A stretch of DNA of 64,000 nt from the human T2T-CHM13v2.0 reference genome, Homo sapiens (GCF_009914755.1 NC_060927.1); one strand, 5' to 3'. Positions 38,205 to 53,700 are shown, counted from the first letter of the stretch. The notes: generated by a model from the sequence alone, not told the origin. Translations and numbers: made by a program.

Positions 38205-38408
38205 GCCATCAAGAGAGAGCACTATGGAGTCTGATGACCTGGATTGAACCCAGGTGTGGTAATTGCATATCTGTGTTTCCTTGAGTGAACCACTTATTCA
38301 TTCCCAGCCTCAGTTTCTTCTTCTGAAAAGTGTGAAAAATCTAAGCATTTACCCCACTGGTTAACTGTGTGCTGCACATAATAGGTTCTCCATAAAAGGT
38401 AGCTACAA
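38205..38408 (+). mobile_element. MIR
   Basis: GGAGTCTGATGACCTGGATTGAACCCAGG...GCCTCAGTTTCTTCTTCTGAAAAGTG. Confidence 0.65.
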
Positions 38409-39294
38409 TTATCACATTTTTTTCTATTGCATGCAACCCTATCTTCTGTTAATCTGCATTTACCATTTGTTTCTGCCTATTTTCTTACAATTCTGCATTT
38501 TATACTTCTTTCTGTGTACTCGTTAGGATCCTCCAACCTACAGTACAAACTGTATTACTAATTGGCACTATATAATTTACTATATTACTAATATTTAACT
38601 AGTACTATTTAATTTAATAATTACTAATCCCTTCCTCACAACGCTTAAGTCACGATAGTCAATAATTATTTATTGAACCCAAGCTTAGCTATTGAAATGT
38701 GTAGGTAGATTGTGACCAGATTCAAATGTTAACCTATAAAGAACTGGTAGTTTTAGGATATTTTCCTCCCTTTTTGAAGAACATTGCACACTTTCCCTGG
38801 CTGTAAGGGTAGAATGTGAACTAGGCTGGGCTAATTGTATATAAAATCTGCCTTAAGTGTAGATAGTGTCAGCAATAAGAATTTGAACCACAATCAGATC
38901 AATCAGGGATTTCCCAAATTTTCTAATGGACTTAGCAAAAAGCCTAATGGACTTACTCTCATCTTTAAAATATGAACAATAATACATCCACTTCATAAAA
39001 TTGCTTTGATTAGTAAAAGAGTATTAAAGAACTTGGAAATGTCCTGGCATGAAGTAATTTCTTATAGCTGAATACCTGCTGTTATTTTATTGGTATTACT
39101 ATTGGTATCATCTTTTTTCATGGGTTGCTAAGATGGGAGAATATGGGTCTGTAGCTGAATATGGGTCTCTCGTCTTCTCACCTATTGCATGGGGAATGTC
39201 TGAACAAACAATGATAGCAAGCAAAAAAATATATATATATTTAAATATATATATAAAATTAGGAATGAAGAAAGAGACTGTAGCCAACAGATAC

Positions 39295-39425
39295 TGCTGG
39301 TGCCTGTGGATCCAACCATGCCCAAAGGCCAGAACATACTATTGGAATCTCCAAATATATGATACAATAAATTTCCATTAAAATAGTGTGAGCCGAATTT
39401 TTTGTTATTTGCAATACAAATAGTA
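39295..39425 (+). mobile_element. MLT1J/K-like LTR 3' fragment
   Basis: GGATCCAACCATGCCCAAAGGCCAG...CAATAAATTTCC...TTTTTTGTTATTTGCAA. Confidence 0.5.
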
Positions 39426-39577
39426 TGATTGAATAATCTTTCCACTATACCATGTAGCCATCAAATGAGGAATTCCCTGGTAAAATTAATTAATTTGAAT
39501 GACAAATTTGATCTTCAAGACTGAATTTTTCTGCATGTACATGTGTGGTATTTCTTTTGGGAGAATTATCCAAATAA

Positions 39578-40130
<553 letters not shown>

Positions 40131-41119
40131 GATCATTTCTTAATTAAATGCTTGACCCTGTCTGCATAGCCATAATGAATTAAGAATGGAAATGATGCTG
40201 AAATAGAAGAAAATTTGGAATCATTACTATTGTTCCACCTAATTAGGACACTCATAACGACCAATGAAGAATCTGCAGTGATTTCATTAGAATGATTTGA
40301 TATTCTAGATGTCCACACTCAGTGTAAACAAAGGAAACAGGAGCTTCTTTGCAAAAACACGCATAGGGGAGTAAGAAAGATACATAATTGCAAGTCTTAA
40401 TATCTCTGGTCTAAGGATGAGGACGTAAGAGAGCTTTGGGTGTAAAATTATGATTTTTGTCTTCTGCATATTGCATAGCTTGGAATATTAAACAGTTGAA
40501 AATAAACTTTCATTTTACCTTTAGTTATTTGAGAATTTTAGAATAAAGTAAGTATGTTGAGAAGCTTCCTATGTGAACAATTTTCTTAATAATTTCTTCA
40601 TAAAGTTTGCTATATTTTAGCTTGAATTTATGTTCATGAGAGGTATAAAAAATATTTACTATAAGTAATTTATATGTCAACAATACACCTTGTTTCACTT
40701 AGCATTCATACATGTTATGAATCTTTCGTTCAAACTTAATTTTACCAGGTAAATATATAAGAGATCTTTAAATAGTAATATTTATATTCCATATCTTTAT
40801 TCAAGAATAATATTTTGCTCAACATACATATTTGTGTAATGCCAAAAATTTATTCTCCAAACATCTCTCATAATAATGCTTAATATGTAATACAATGTAA
40901 TACTCAATATAAGACAGTCTCTAATAATCAATACTTAATATAATCCACAACAATAATAATCTGTTGGTGCCTGTACTATAAAAAGGTAATACTTAGAAAA
41001 GGTCAGTTAGCTAAATTTTCTCCAAAATTACAAAGTATTTGAAAATTAATTATTACAATATTACATGTCATAAAGTAAGTAAATAGCTATTTTTTCTAGT
41101 GATTTTTATTTTATTAAAT

Positions 41120-41485
41120 AAGTGTGTATATACATATAACTGTGTATATTATATATATACATATATACACTTTATATACCTATACTTATTGGATTTATAT
41201 ACCTATATACTTACAGATATATAAAGTATATACTTATGTGTATATATGTATATATTTATATGTATGTACTTATGTGTATATCTGTATATATTTATATGTA
41301 TATACTTATATACTTATTTATATTTATAAATAAGTGTGTGTATATATATATATACCTTATAAGTGTGTGTGTGTATATATACATACACCTCTATATATAC
41401 ATACACCTCTATATATAGAGAGAGAAAGGTGTATATATACTTATTAGGTATATGTATATACTACTTTTGTGGGTATATCTATACC
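41120..41485. repeat. (TA)n/(TATG)n-rich low-complexity tract with internal palindromes
   Basis: About 360 bp of degenerate TA/TG/CA repeats. Confidence 0.8.
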
Positions 41486-44138
41486 TACAAAAATAAATGC
41501 AGAAATATGCCTCTGACTAGAATAGCTTGAGAGGTGTTGTGAAATATCACCTTGAACTAATTCTTTCACATGAAAATAAGCATGAAGTATGTTTCCATTT
41601 ATTTGTTAAGAAATAGTCTGAATTTAGCTTGTGGATCCTAGGTTAATACATTTCCTAAAACATTTAAGAGCTTGTATTTTTCACTTCTTTTGGCACTGAT
41701 TCTCCTCTGTCTTCATTTTACGTTATTCTTTCCCATTTATGCTTTTTTCCTGAGGTTGGTTCTCTATTTCTCTCTCCCTATATCATTTTCTCTTAAGACA
41801 GTTGGTGGCATGTGAAGATGGGATTTAACTATTAGCACAATCTTGCCTTTCCATGGCAGCCTTTCCCCTAAGGAACTGGCTTTCCTTTGAAATTGGCTTT
41901 AGATCTGACAGGGCTTCTGCAGTTTCACATTACTGCTAGTCCAATAGAGAAAATGAAACCAAGAAATTTGATCAGGTTACCCTAGGGCAAAATAAAAGGT
42001 TGGTTTGGGGAAATGCTTAATTTCCATGATCCAGCAGGGATTTACCAGCCTGATTCTCCTGAGAAAATCAGAATCTGGTTTTCCATTTATCCATCCAGCT
42101 TTTCCAAATTACCATCTCTAGGTGGTTTCAAAGATAAGAAACTGGAATGGATTCTAAATGTTGAATTCAATTTCTGATATGGAGTTATCTTAAAACATGG
42201 GTCAGAACAGCAAGCCCCTCTCCCCTCTCCCTTACCCCAACTACTACCACCAAATAATCTATGTCTTTTAGAGGTCTTTAGTAGATTTACTCAAGAAAAA
42301 GATTCAAGGAAACTGAAATAAATGCTTCAGAGTCAGGGACCATGTTAGCCAAAGGTTAAGAATCAGAGACTAGGTTAATTGAGGAACGACTTTCAAGATC
42401 TTATATTCTTTTTATCTTTCTTGCTTCATAGAGGGGAATGTTGGGCAATGGGCTGTTTCATTAAGCAATAAGGAGAAAATAATCTGACACCCATTCCTTG
42501 CATCATTAAACATCAGATGAACTAATATGCATAGACTCTTGCTATTACTGCACAAAGCCTTTGAAAATGGTCAACATCCACTGCCATGCTTTCTCTGCTG
42601 TATTTTTAAATATTCTATATCTGATGAGTAATAAATTCGAGACTAGTTTAATTTTATAAAGGAACTAGATGTGTCCATTCTCCATCATTTGTACAACCTT
42701 GTAATATACACATGTGGAAAATTGGGGGCAACATTGCTTCCTTTCTTTGCACGGAACACGGAACAATTTAAATTTGTCACTCTCATTTACTTATTGCAGA
42801 GAAAAATAAGGAGCATGTCTTTTGAGGCTTAGCTTTGCATTTCAGACTATACAGGCAAATGTGGGGGTGTCACAACAAATGCAGGTGAAGAGGGGGTACT
42901 AATTAAGAACCATCATTCAATATCATTTCTACATTAGATTAAGAAAAATACATTAGAATGCTCCATCTTATTTTTCTCAAGAGGTCAGAATCCAAGCTAC
43001 TAAACTCATTAGAACAAACATAATCACTTTTTATTCATTTCACCACAGTTCAATCTAAAATTAGGTCTCATTTGACTTTTACCAACATGCCTTCTAAATG
43101 CATCATAAGCATTTCTTCATTTTGAAGAAGTTAATACAATAGGCCACATACATCTTTGCCCATATTCATTTTTTTGTCAAATCAAGACAGTTCCTTAGAA
43201 GTGTAAAGATTTTTTCTTTGGTTCTAGGGAATAATTTTTCTTCTATAGACTTCCCAGAATACACCTGGGGAAAAGAAGTTTTGATTCACAAAGTGAGTCT
43301 TGAGCTCTTGCTAAGATACTGAGAACACCACAGAAAGGGTGAAATTCAAACTGTATGTATGCAAGTATAGTTCTGGTATTTTAACTAAATCAATTTGGAC
43401 AACCCCTTAGACATTTTTTGTTACTTCACTGATGACAAAATAAGTCTTTCATCACAGTCAGCCTCTTATGTGTATGACTGCTGCCTCATGTGTAATTTAC
43501 TTCTAAAGATTGAAAATATCTTAATTAATGACCCAAACTTAATAATAATATTGACTTAAAAACAATGCTGTTTCTGCACAAGTGAGGTGAAGTTCAGAGT
43601 ACAAATAACAGAATAGTTAGGAAAGAAAAACTGCTTGTATATTTTGTACTAAGATTGATTGGCTCTAAGTTATTTGGGTGACTACCTCAGTTATCCACTT
43701 TACTTGGAACAGATATGGTTTAAGTCATGGCAATAAAATAAATGTCATAACTTTAAAAATAAATAAACACAATTAACCGATGTTGCAGATATTTCATTCA
43801 TACAATATTTAGTTTCCAATTTGTTCATATAGATATATAAAAACAAGAAACTACAGTAGTTTATATAAAGAATAACTTTAAAAAATCCGCTCACATGTAA
43901 AAAGAAAAAAAGCATATCATATTTGAAATCATGTAATTCTAACTCCCTACATAAGAAGAGAGAAATTAGCATGAGTGAAAGCACAACACGAATTTAAATG
44001 TTGAGTACTAGTTCGTTTCCCTTCTATTTTAAATAAATGGACATTCATTATAACATATGATAACATGGCGGTCCGCTTGCTTAAAGTCGATGATAACCGT
44101 CATTTTCCATTTGATTTGTGCATACGTTTTGAGTAGTA

Positions 44139-44721
<583 letters not shown>

Positions 44722-45014
44722 TATACAAATATGCAGAACACACTAAGTATTAGACACCATATATGTTACAAAGGTGACCGAGACCTGATTCTCCTCAAGT
44801 GGAGATGAGCCACCAGCTACAATATGGCAGAGACTAAAATGATCATTTTAGTCTCCATCATACACCATTTATTGGCAGCTTACGGAGTTGGTGTTCCCTT
44901 GTTTTGCAACGTAGTTTTCTTTATATCCTTGGAAGTTCATAAGTGAGAGATTCACAACTAGAAAAGGTTTCTGTATGAATATGCAGAGGTAATAAACTGT
45001 GTCTTTTAAAGTAC

Positions 45015-45210
45015 CTGAATCAGAGCAGACAGACTAAGATTCAAGTAAGTTTTCAGCTATGTGACTTTCAGTAAAACACTCGAACTCTCTAAGATTCATT
45101 TGGTACGTCTGCAAAATGAGAAAAATAAGCGTAGATATCATGGATGCATGTGAGGATTAAATGAGGTAATATGTCAAGCATTTAGCACAGCACCTAATAC
45201 AATAATCATT
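45015..45210 (+). mobile_element. MIR
   Basis: TGTGAGGATTAAATGAGGTAATATGTCAAGCATTTAGCACAGCACCT. Confidence 0.7.
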
Positions 45211-45453
45211 ACAATAATAATAACACAAAATAAACTACTATTAGTATTAATGAAACTCAAGTTGCCATGTAAGTTCCAAGGAAAATTTCTGTGGAATGCA
45301 TTTGGGGATCAGAAGCATTCTAGTAGAGAATTAAAGGATTTGTTGATTTAAAACAGACCAAGAAGACAACACAAGTGTTTCAGGAGAAAGGAGTGGAAAA
45401 ATTAAATGCTGAGTGTTAACAAAACAAGGCGTGATCTTGAGAGAATAAATGTA

Positions 45454-45797
45454 CAGTCAAGCATTGCTTAATGACAAGATACACTCTGAGAAATGCCTCC
45501 TTAAGCAGTTTCATTCTTGTGCAACATCTCCGAATGTGCTTACACTGTCTTGGATGGCATAGCCTACCACACACCTAGGCTATATGGTACAGCCTATTGC
45601 TCCTAGGTTACAAACTGTACAACATGTTACTACACTGACTACTGCAGGCAACTGTAAACCCATGGTATGCATCTGTGTTTCTAAGCATATTTAAACACAG
45701 AGACGGTACAGTAAAAATACAGTATTATACTCTTATGATACCACCGTCATATATGCAGTCTACATACCGAAACGTGGTGTTGGTGGGACATGATGAC
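45454..45797. mobile_element. Tigger3a/MER7A
   Basis: TA followed by CAGTCAAGCATTGCTTAATGAC...CTGAGAAATGC...CACACCTAGGCTATATGGTACAGCCTATTGCTCCTAGG. Confidence 0.87.
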
Positions 45798-45879
45798 AGT
45801 CAAATTTGAATGAAAGCAAATATTAGGATGTGAGACTAGAAGCACAATTTGAAACATAAACTTCTCGGTTCTTAAATGA

Positions 45880-46620
45880 CAGGCCTAAAAGTCTTTATTG
45901 GTCTTTATTTCATAGAGCAATTGAAATCTTTGCTAATTTTTGAAGTTAGTAAGATGTATTGAATATATAGGAAAGTAGATATGAGAAGAAAATTTAGAAG
46001 ACTGTTACTAAAGTCGAGACAAAGGCCATGAGCTAGGGGGCACTAGAAATAGGAATGAAGGAAGAGAAATGAGAGATAATTATAGGATAAACTTAACCAG
46101 ACCTAACAAATAAATATATAAGGCCATGCAAAGGAAATCATCCAGGGTCAAATGCTGGATGATTCTTGATGCCTGTCATGGGGCTGAATTGTGTTCCCCC
46201 AAAATTTATATGTAAAGTTTGACGCTAGCCCTAACCCCAGAACCTCAGAATGTGACTGTCTTTGCAGATAGGATCATTAAAGAGGTGACTGAGTTAAAAT
46301 AAGCTCATTACAGTGGGTGCTAATTCGATATAACTGGTATCTTTATGAGAGAAGGAGGTTAGAACATGGACAGGCACAGAGGGAAGATCATGTAAAGACA
46401 CAGAGAGAAGATAACCACCTACAAGTAAAGGTGAGAGGTGTCCAAAGAAACCAACCTTGACAACATTTGATCTTGGAACGCCAGCCTCCAAACTGTGAGA
46501 AAACAAATTTCTTTTGTTTAAGCCACCCAGTCTGGTATTTTGTTATGGCAGCCCTAAGAAATCAATAGAGTGTTATTCACAGAAACGGAGAAAATAAAAG
46601 TGGAGCATATTTAGATAGAC
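45880..46620 (-). mobile_element. L2 fragment split by MLT1B
   Basis: Purine-rich L2-antisense-like sequence on both sides of the LTR. Confidence 0.4.
46174..46569 (+). mobile_element. MLT1B solo LTR
   Basis: TGTCATGGGGCTGAATTGTGTTCCCCCAAAATT...ACCTCAGAATGTGACTG...TTTGTTATGGCAGCCCTA. Confidence 0.9.
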
Positions 46621-46774
46621 ACAGGTAATTAGTATAATCACAGGCAGGTTGACATGACTCAGGCTTTATAAATTAAGATAATAATGGTTTCCTAATGATC
46701 TGGTGCTTATGTTGAAAACATTAAAAGTATAATGCTATAATTTTATTTTGGGGAGAACACACACCTTGTATATT

Positions 46775-47170
46775 ATATTCATCAGATAATTAATGTTAGC
46801 TACCATAAAAAGAAATTCTGCCCCTCTCTCAATCTCAATGGCTTCACGAAATAAAAACTTATTTTTTGTTTATATGAATTCACTATAAACATCCAAGTTG
46901 GTTCCTCCTTTTTTAAGAGTTAACTCGAAGAGCTTTCTCTCTTTTTTTCTTGTAGTGCTTTTTCCTTTGCTTCTAGCCACATGGATGGAAAGAGAGGTAA
47001 CTTGAAGAATGGTTTTAAGGCTATGCTTGGAAGTGACACATATTTCTTCCTCCCATATTCTATTGGCTGGAACTCAGTCACATAATTCTACCCAGATGCA
47101 AGGCATCCTGGGAAGTCTAGTTTAGCTGTGTCCCCGGGAATAAGAAGATAATAGAATATTAATTTACACA
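46775..47170 (-). mobile_element. MLT1I/J-like LTR
   Basis: AATCTCAATGGCTT...GGAAGTGACACATATTTCTTCC...CTATTGGCTGGAACTCAGTCACAT. Confidence 0.7.
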
Positions 47171-47354
47171 TGTAAACTTTGCCTTTTGGGCTACCAGACT
47201 TTTAGTGTGCAGAATTATACATAATGGGGAAAGGGAAAAGAGTAGCTAATTCGATATAGGGTATATTTCTATGAAGGTAATTCAGAAGACCATCTGGATT
47301 TAGAAATTTCTTCTCAACAATATAAAGATGCTTAGCAATCCCTAAGGTCCAGAA

Positions 47355-47581
47355 CAGGCTTTGAGAAACTTTTTCTGTAAAGGAGTAGAAAATAAATATT
47401 TTGAGCTTTTGATGCCACATGGTCTCTGTGGAAACCACTGAACTCTTGTTACTGCAGCACAAAAGCATCTAAAGACAATATGTAAATAAATGAGCATGGC
47501 CTTCCAATAAAACTTTATTTACAAAATTAAAAAAAAAGGCAAACCAGATTTGGCTTACAGGCCATGGTGTGCCAACCCTTT
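47355..47581. mobile_element. MER58A (hAT-Charlie)
   Basis: AAACTTTTTCTGTAAAGG...TAAATAAATGAGCATGGC...CCAATAAAACTTTATTTACAAAA...CCAGATTTGGC. Confidence 0.88.
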
Positions 47582-47694
47582 TCACAGCATATTAGGTAAT
47601 TTGTCATTTTGCAAGTATTTCATGCTTGTGCTCAGGTAATTGTGCATGGGCAGCGAGCCTAGCTAACTGCCAGCACCATCAACAGTGGCTTTGC

Positions 47695-48317
47695 CCATTA
47701 TCCTCAGCAAACTAAAGCAGGAACAGAAAACCAAACACTGCATGTTCTCACTTACAAGTGGGAGCTGAACAATGAGAACACATGAACACAGGGAGGGGAA
47801 CAAAACACACTGGGGCCTGTCAGGGGAGGGTGGCATTGTGGGGGAGTGGGGAGCATCGGGAAAAGTAGCTAATGCATGCCGGGCTTAATACCTAGGTGAT
47901 GGGTTGATAGGTACAGCAAATCACCATGACACATGCTTACCTATGTAACAGAACTGCACATCCTTGGCCAGGTGTGGTGGCTCATTACACACCTGTAATG
48001 CCAGCACTTTGGGAGGCCAAGGTAGGCAGAGGTCAGGAGTTTGAGACACATCTGTCCAACATGGCAAAACCCTGTCTCTACTAAAAATACAAAAATTAGC
48101 TTGGCATGGGGCCACATGCCTGTAATCCCAGGTACTCGGGAGGCTGAGGCAGGAGAATCACTTGAACCCTGGAAGAGGAAGTTGCAGTGAGCAAAAATCA
48201 CACCACTACACTGCACTCTAGCCTGGGCGACAGAGTGAGACTCCATCTCAAACAAACAAACAAACAAAAACCTGCACATTTTGCACATGTATCATGGGAC
48301 TTAAAAAAAAAGAAAAA
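47695..48317 (+). mobile_element. L1PA (about L1PA10-13) 3' end interrupted by Alu
   Basis: CATTATCCTCAGCAAACTAA...GTTCTCACTTACAAGTGGGAGCTGAAC; TSD AGTGGC(T/A)TTGC. Confidence 0.9.
47966..48270 (+). mobile_element. AluS inside the L1PA 3' UTR
   Basis: Dimer with (CAAA)n tail; duplicated CTGCACAT flanks. Confidence 0.92.
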
Positions 48318-48787
48318 GTGGCATTGCTCTTTGCCATGCTCTAATTTACTTGGTCAAAGTACATGGAGTATCATTTGCCAAGAGAAAAAAAAACAAAAAC
48401 AAAAACAAAAAATACCCTAAGTTACTTTGTAAAAACTGACCTTAAAATCAAAGATAACTACTTCAGTTGATTATGAAAGTAAAGAAGAAGTGAGGAGCCC
48501 AAGAAAATGGTAGAATATAGCTAGGAGATGTCACAGTTAATTTCTTTTATTTTGATTTGTCTCAGAAGAAGGGTGTTTTTTCTTGCCTGTAAAGATAACT
48601 TTTCTTGATTTCATGATTTCTTAAATCCAGAGGAATCTTTTAATCAACCTAATTTTTAGCTGTCACCTCCATTCTGTCCTTCTACACTGGCCAATCTCTT
48701 TTACATTGTAGTACATTGTAGGTGTCTTCTCATGATATTTCTGTCTCTAGTTTTTCCGATCTGCCAAACTGCACAACAAAGCACGTG

Positions 48788-49020
48788 TGAATCAGACAGA
48801 TAGGAGTTTGAGTTCTCCAGTCTTTCACTCTTTAACCTTGTGACTCAGAAACTTCACTTTACATCCCTCAATCCTCAAGTGTTCATTCCTAAAAGTTGGC
48901 AAAGGCACAATATTAAACTCAAAGATTTGTTTGGTTTTGTCTAGATTAAATGAGTTAACCTATATACAGACCACTAAACTCAGTGTTTGGAACCTAGTTA
49001 AGAGCTTGATATTAGTTTAT
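48788..49020 (+). mobile_element. MIR
   Basis: GAATCAGACAGA...AGATTAAATGAGTTAA...CAGTGTTTGGAACCTAG. Confidence 0.55.
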
Positions 49021-49229
49021 TAGTATTTTAATTTTTCAGTAATTCTATCCTCAATGCAATATGATTACTAGAACCCAAGTTGTACCAACATTTCTCTCAC
49101 TAATGTCACCAATGGCTTTGTGGGGTGGGGGGGCTATAAAGGTTTTTATTCATTTAATATTGTTAAACATCACTTCCTCAGCATACTTCTTTGCTATACT
49201 GTTCACGTCACTGTACTCTGCTGTTTATC

Positions 49230-50130
49230 TCCTACCTTTATGACACTTCTTTCTTCATATAATTTGATGGTTTCCTTTCTCTGACTCCTAAATGAAATGC
49301 ACAGAGCTTATTTCTGTACAACCTTGCTCCCCACACTCACTCTCATTAGAACTCTTTCTTTGCAGGGAATCTCAACAACCCCTGAGAACAAGTCAAACAC
49401 ATTCCTTACGTTCTGTTTTAAGCTCTCACATTTGCGACTCTTTATCTGCTATTTCCATGGGTGTATATCTCACCCATGACAAAGTATACTCCAAACCAAA
49501 CTGATGACGTTTGAAACGTGAATAGTCTTGCTAAGTTACCATCATTGTTCCCATTTCCCAGGCTTGAAACTTTTGTCATTTTCTACCCTCCTGCATCTTC
49601 TTCTCTTGTATTTATTCAGTTCTCAAATCCTGCCCTTCCGTCAAAATATCTGCCCTTCCCTCATCTCCTTGATAAGGTCCTTAGATCTCATGCCTGAATT
49701 AATTTCTGCCCTAAAAGTCTATTTTTCCTTCCACCCACCTACCTATTCATCCATTCATTCAATGAGTATTAATGCTCTACCATGGGCCAAGCATCCTGAG
49801 GTCTCTACTATGAAAAATACGTGAAATATCAATCCACTCCTAGCTTTTCAGGGTATATATTCTCTTGGACGACAGTGGACATTGATAATGCACACATGCT
49901 ATGGAATCAAATAGTCTTCTGTTAAAGTCTTGGATCCTTTATTTCCTACAACCTTAGACGATTGACTTAACCTCCCCATGACTCATTTTCTCATGTGTAA
50001 AATTTGGATAGTAATGGTACATCCTTGATAGATATTTTGTGACTATGAATTAGGTGGTGGCACATCTAAGCCTTCACACTGTGTCAAATATCTAATAAAC
50101 CCTCAATAAATATTAACCATTATAATTATT
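49230..50130. mobile_element. Cluster of L2 fragments (about 49230-49880) and MIR (about 49890-50130)
   Basis: CATTCATTCAATGAGTATT L2 tail; ACTCATTTTCTCATGTGTAAAAT MIR core. Confidence 0.5.
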
Positions 50131-50429
50131 ACCAATAAAAGCAGAAAGGAACATTGTCATGACAAGGCTATGTGTGATTAAAAGCCAACATGAGAATTAT
50201 CTAGAGTAGCAGTGATTCAAGGAAACTGAGGTGAGCTGTGACCCTTCTGGGGCCAGTTCAATGAACAACCCAACACAAAGACAGGTTTCATTTATGAGTG
50301 GTGCTGGGTGAGACTGTATATGGGGGTTGATGGCTTCTAATAATAAGCCAGGACCTGTCAACTTCCTCCTGTTCACAATGTGGAGACCGTTTAGATTTTG
50401 GAGTTGAAAAATAATGTGATAAAATCAGG

Positions 50430-50734
50430 TTTTTTTTTGTTTGTTTGTTTTTTTGAGATGGAGTCTCTCTCTGTCACCCAGACTGGAGTGTGGTGGTGTG
50501 ATCTCAGCTCACAGCAAGCTCCACCTCCCAGGTTCACACCATTCTCCTGCCTGAGCCTCGAGTAGCTGGGACTACAGGTGCCCACCACCATGCCCGGCTA
50601 ATGTTTTTGTATTTTTTAGTAGAGACGGAGTTTCACTGTGTTAGCCAGGATGGTCTCGATCTCCTGACCTCGTGATCCGCCCCCTCGGCCTCCCAAAGTG
50701 CTGGGATTACAGGCTTTAGCCACCACGCACGGCC
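50430..50734 (-). mobile_element. AluY-like, with ordinary CpG decay
   Basis: GCAAGCTCC, GTTAGCCAGGATGGTCTCGATCTCC diagnostics; TSD ATAAAATCAG. Confidence 0.93.
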
Positions 50735-53700
50735 AATAAAATCAGTTTTAAAACAACTTGAAATCATAGAGCAACCCCTTATTCCTTTATGCATGCTTTG
50801 CCTGCCCTCTGTTAAGGTCAATTGCATAATATTTTTCCCATTTAAATATTGCATTTTTCCAAGTGGAATAAGAATGACTAGGTGTTATTTTGAGGATAGG
50901 AGATATTCAGCAAATACTTGATCATTTATTGAAATATAACTGTTTTGATTGAGCACAGAAGTAAGGAATTTTTGAATCACTTCCTTTTGTGAAGGTGCAT
51001 TTATTTTGCCACTTTATTCCATGGCTACATTCTGTACCATTAGACTCAGGTTAATTTATCGTTAAAAATGCCTGTGGTGTTTTGTTTCAATGTCTACAAA
51101 TGTCAACCAAGTCATCTCTAATACTTTAAAAGTAAATTAAACTCCAAATCAACTGATTATGATTCTGAGGTGCAGTCTTCACAATGATTAGGAACTTGAT
51201 TATTTAGTAGAATTGTGCATAGGTGTGAACATCACCACTCTTTTCTGCACTGTGAGAAGAAATTACTTCATATAAATGGAAGCATCTTATTTGGCTCTAT
51301 GTGGTGGTTTTGATGGTTTTTGACCAAACACTATGATTATAGAGGTCAATGAGCTATTTAAAATAGGTTCTGTCTCAGAATAAAATACATTTTGTTCATA
51401 ACTTTGCCAGCTACTATGTCAAGCCTATATTTACTAAGGGCCTTCATGAAATGTCTGTTTGGAAGAATCAGTCTGTAATGGCAGTGATGTGTCAAGGAAA
51501 GACCAAACAGCCTTAGTGAATGCATTTTACCTGGTGTGGGTTGCACGTACCTGTAACAGGAAAGATTCCTTTGTCTTTGGGCAGTACAGTTAGGCTGGCA
51601 GGGTGGTGGAGGATTCTGCCTGTGCTTTCCAGCTCATAGCAGGATGTTCACTTTTATTTACTTCCTGAGTACCCTTCAAGCGGTACTGTTATCAGAGCTG
51701 CATTTGAGATGAAAGGGATCCCTATTATGGCCCAAACTGAAACTCTCCACAGGACACCTCTGTTAGGAAGGCAGGAATTCTTTCCAACTTTAGACACTGA
51801 AAGGAACTATTGCTTCTTTGTGATATGCAAGGTATTTTATATTTTTTACTTTGATATTTTAATGCTTATTACTCTAATCTCAGAGGAAATTTTAAAACAT
51901 ACTAATGTTCCATTTATTCCAAATATGTATAAAATAATTTATTCTTTTTCAAAGAGAGACACTGTGTTTACCATCTGCAGATTAGGTATGCATTATGTAT
52001 GTACATAAGCACTTATGAACGAATGGATGAATGATGATTTAGGTGGTATTATAGGCTCTTCCTTTCTCCTAACATAATTTGCATAAACAGTGGTCTCAGA
52101 AATACATTTCCCCTGATTCTTTATTTGCAGAGCCCAGGAAATGCTTGCAAAGTCTGAGGTTCACAAAATGGATCTGGTTGGTAGTTGTGTGCCTGTGTAT
52201 ATCTTCCCATTTCTTTTAAATTCTTAATGACTTTTATGTAAGTTTACTTTACCACTTTGATCCCAGAATACCACATATTTTATGGCAGGGCTATTTATTA
52301 CTTAAAGAATGTAAAATAAAGGTATAAAAATGTCTTCTAGGTGAGGCATTTTTAGTATATATTCTGTGTTTACTTTTTTTTTCTTTTTTCTCTTTCCATT
52401 ACTTCTGCCTATTTATGGAAGCAATGTTTTAGGCTTGTTCTTTTCTGACTTTACTAATGCACTTTTCTGACTTTAATATGCACCAAAGTTGCCCTGTTTA
52501 ACAGCTTTCTCTGTATCCTTTTACTAACGTTCAGTGTCTTGGGAACCAAGCGCAAAACAAAGTCATCCATCTTGAACTAATATACGAGCTTACACCTACT
52601 GACAGTAGTAAATACAAAATTGGTGATGCTCTCCACCACTGGAATTCCATTTAACTACCAATTCCCAAGGAGACTAATTCATTTACCAACGGATATGAAC
52701 AAAACCACACTCACTATTTCAGAGAGCATATTGTATTTTCCCTCTTTCAGATAATTCTAACGAGGGGCTGTTCCACCTCACATCTTCGATCACATGGTGG
52801 TGAGAAAACCCTATAACTTAAAGGAGAGGAGTTTATTACAGTAAGTATAAAACAGAACAAAACAGCTGGGCTTCCACAGCACTTTATGGGAAACGTCTTC
52901 TGACCCTTCTATAAACAATTCCTTTGGTAAAGTCCCCATTTTATGTTGGTTTGCTCTGTCATTGGCGTAGAGTTATGGCTTGAGTAAATTCTTGTTGAGG
53001 GTTTCAAGGTTGGCATGGGAATGCCTTTCTTTTCGAGATCTTATAGTAGATGTGTGTAATTCATCAATTGTGGAACATATGCCATGCTTTATTCACAAAC
53101 TTTGAGAGAAGTTAATTGCCAGCTATCACCTTCAAAATCTGGCACCAGAAATTGATATCTAAATCATTTGAGTAAAAATTAGTTTGTAAGGCTTTGCCAG
53201 TTACTCCTAGCAAATATATTAGCTTATCCAAATGAAAATAATTTTAGTGTGGTTTTATGATTTTCAAAAGCTTGTTATTTATGCTTCATTTCATATCTTG
53301 GTAAGCATTATAGGATTTCACTATATCTAAATTTTGGAGTGGGTGTGAGAATTAAAGACATAACTAAATTGCTGGAGAAAGTCAGGTTATAAAAATTTAA
53401 TTTGTATTTTATTTGAGTAGCATTTAAAGGAAAAATGTGTTTTCTATATGTACATTAGACTTTTGATATTTTATGTGTGTTATAAAGCATAATATCCTCC
53501 ATATATTTACTTTGTAAAGAAAAAAAGGTTATGAATATAACACAAACTTATTTATTCCTGTTCTCTTTTTAAATTGAACTGTTAACAATTACCAATGCCT
53601 TGAAAACTCACAAGAGTGCATTAGGCAATATACTTTCACAATTAATTGGTTATTAGATCATTAACAAAATTTTAAATGTTTTTTCTTCTGCTTATGGTAC

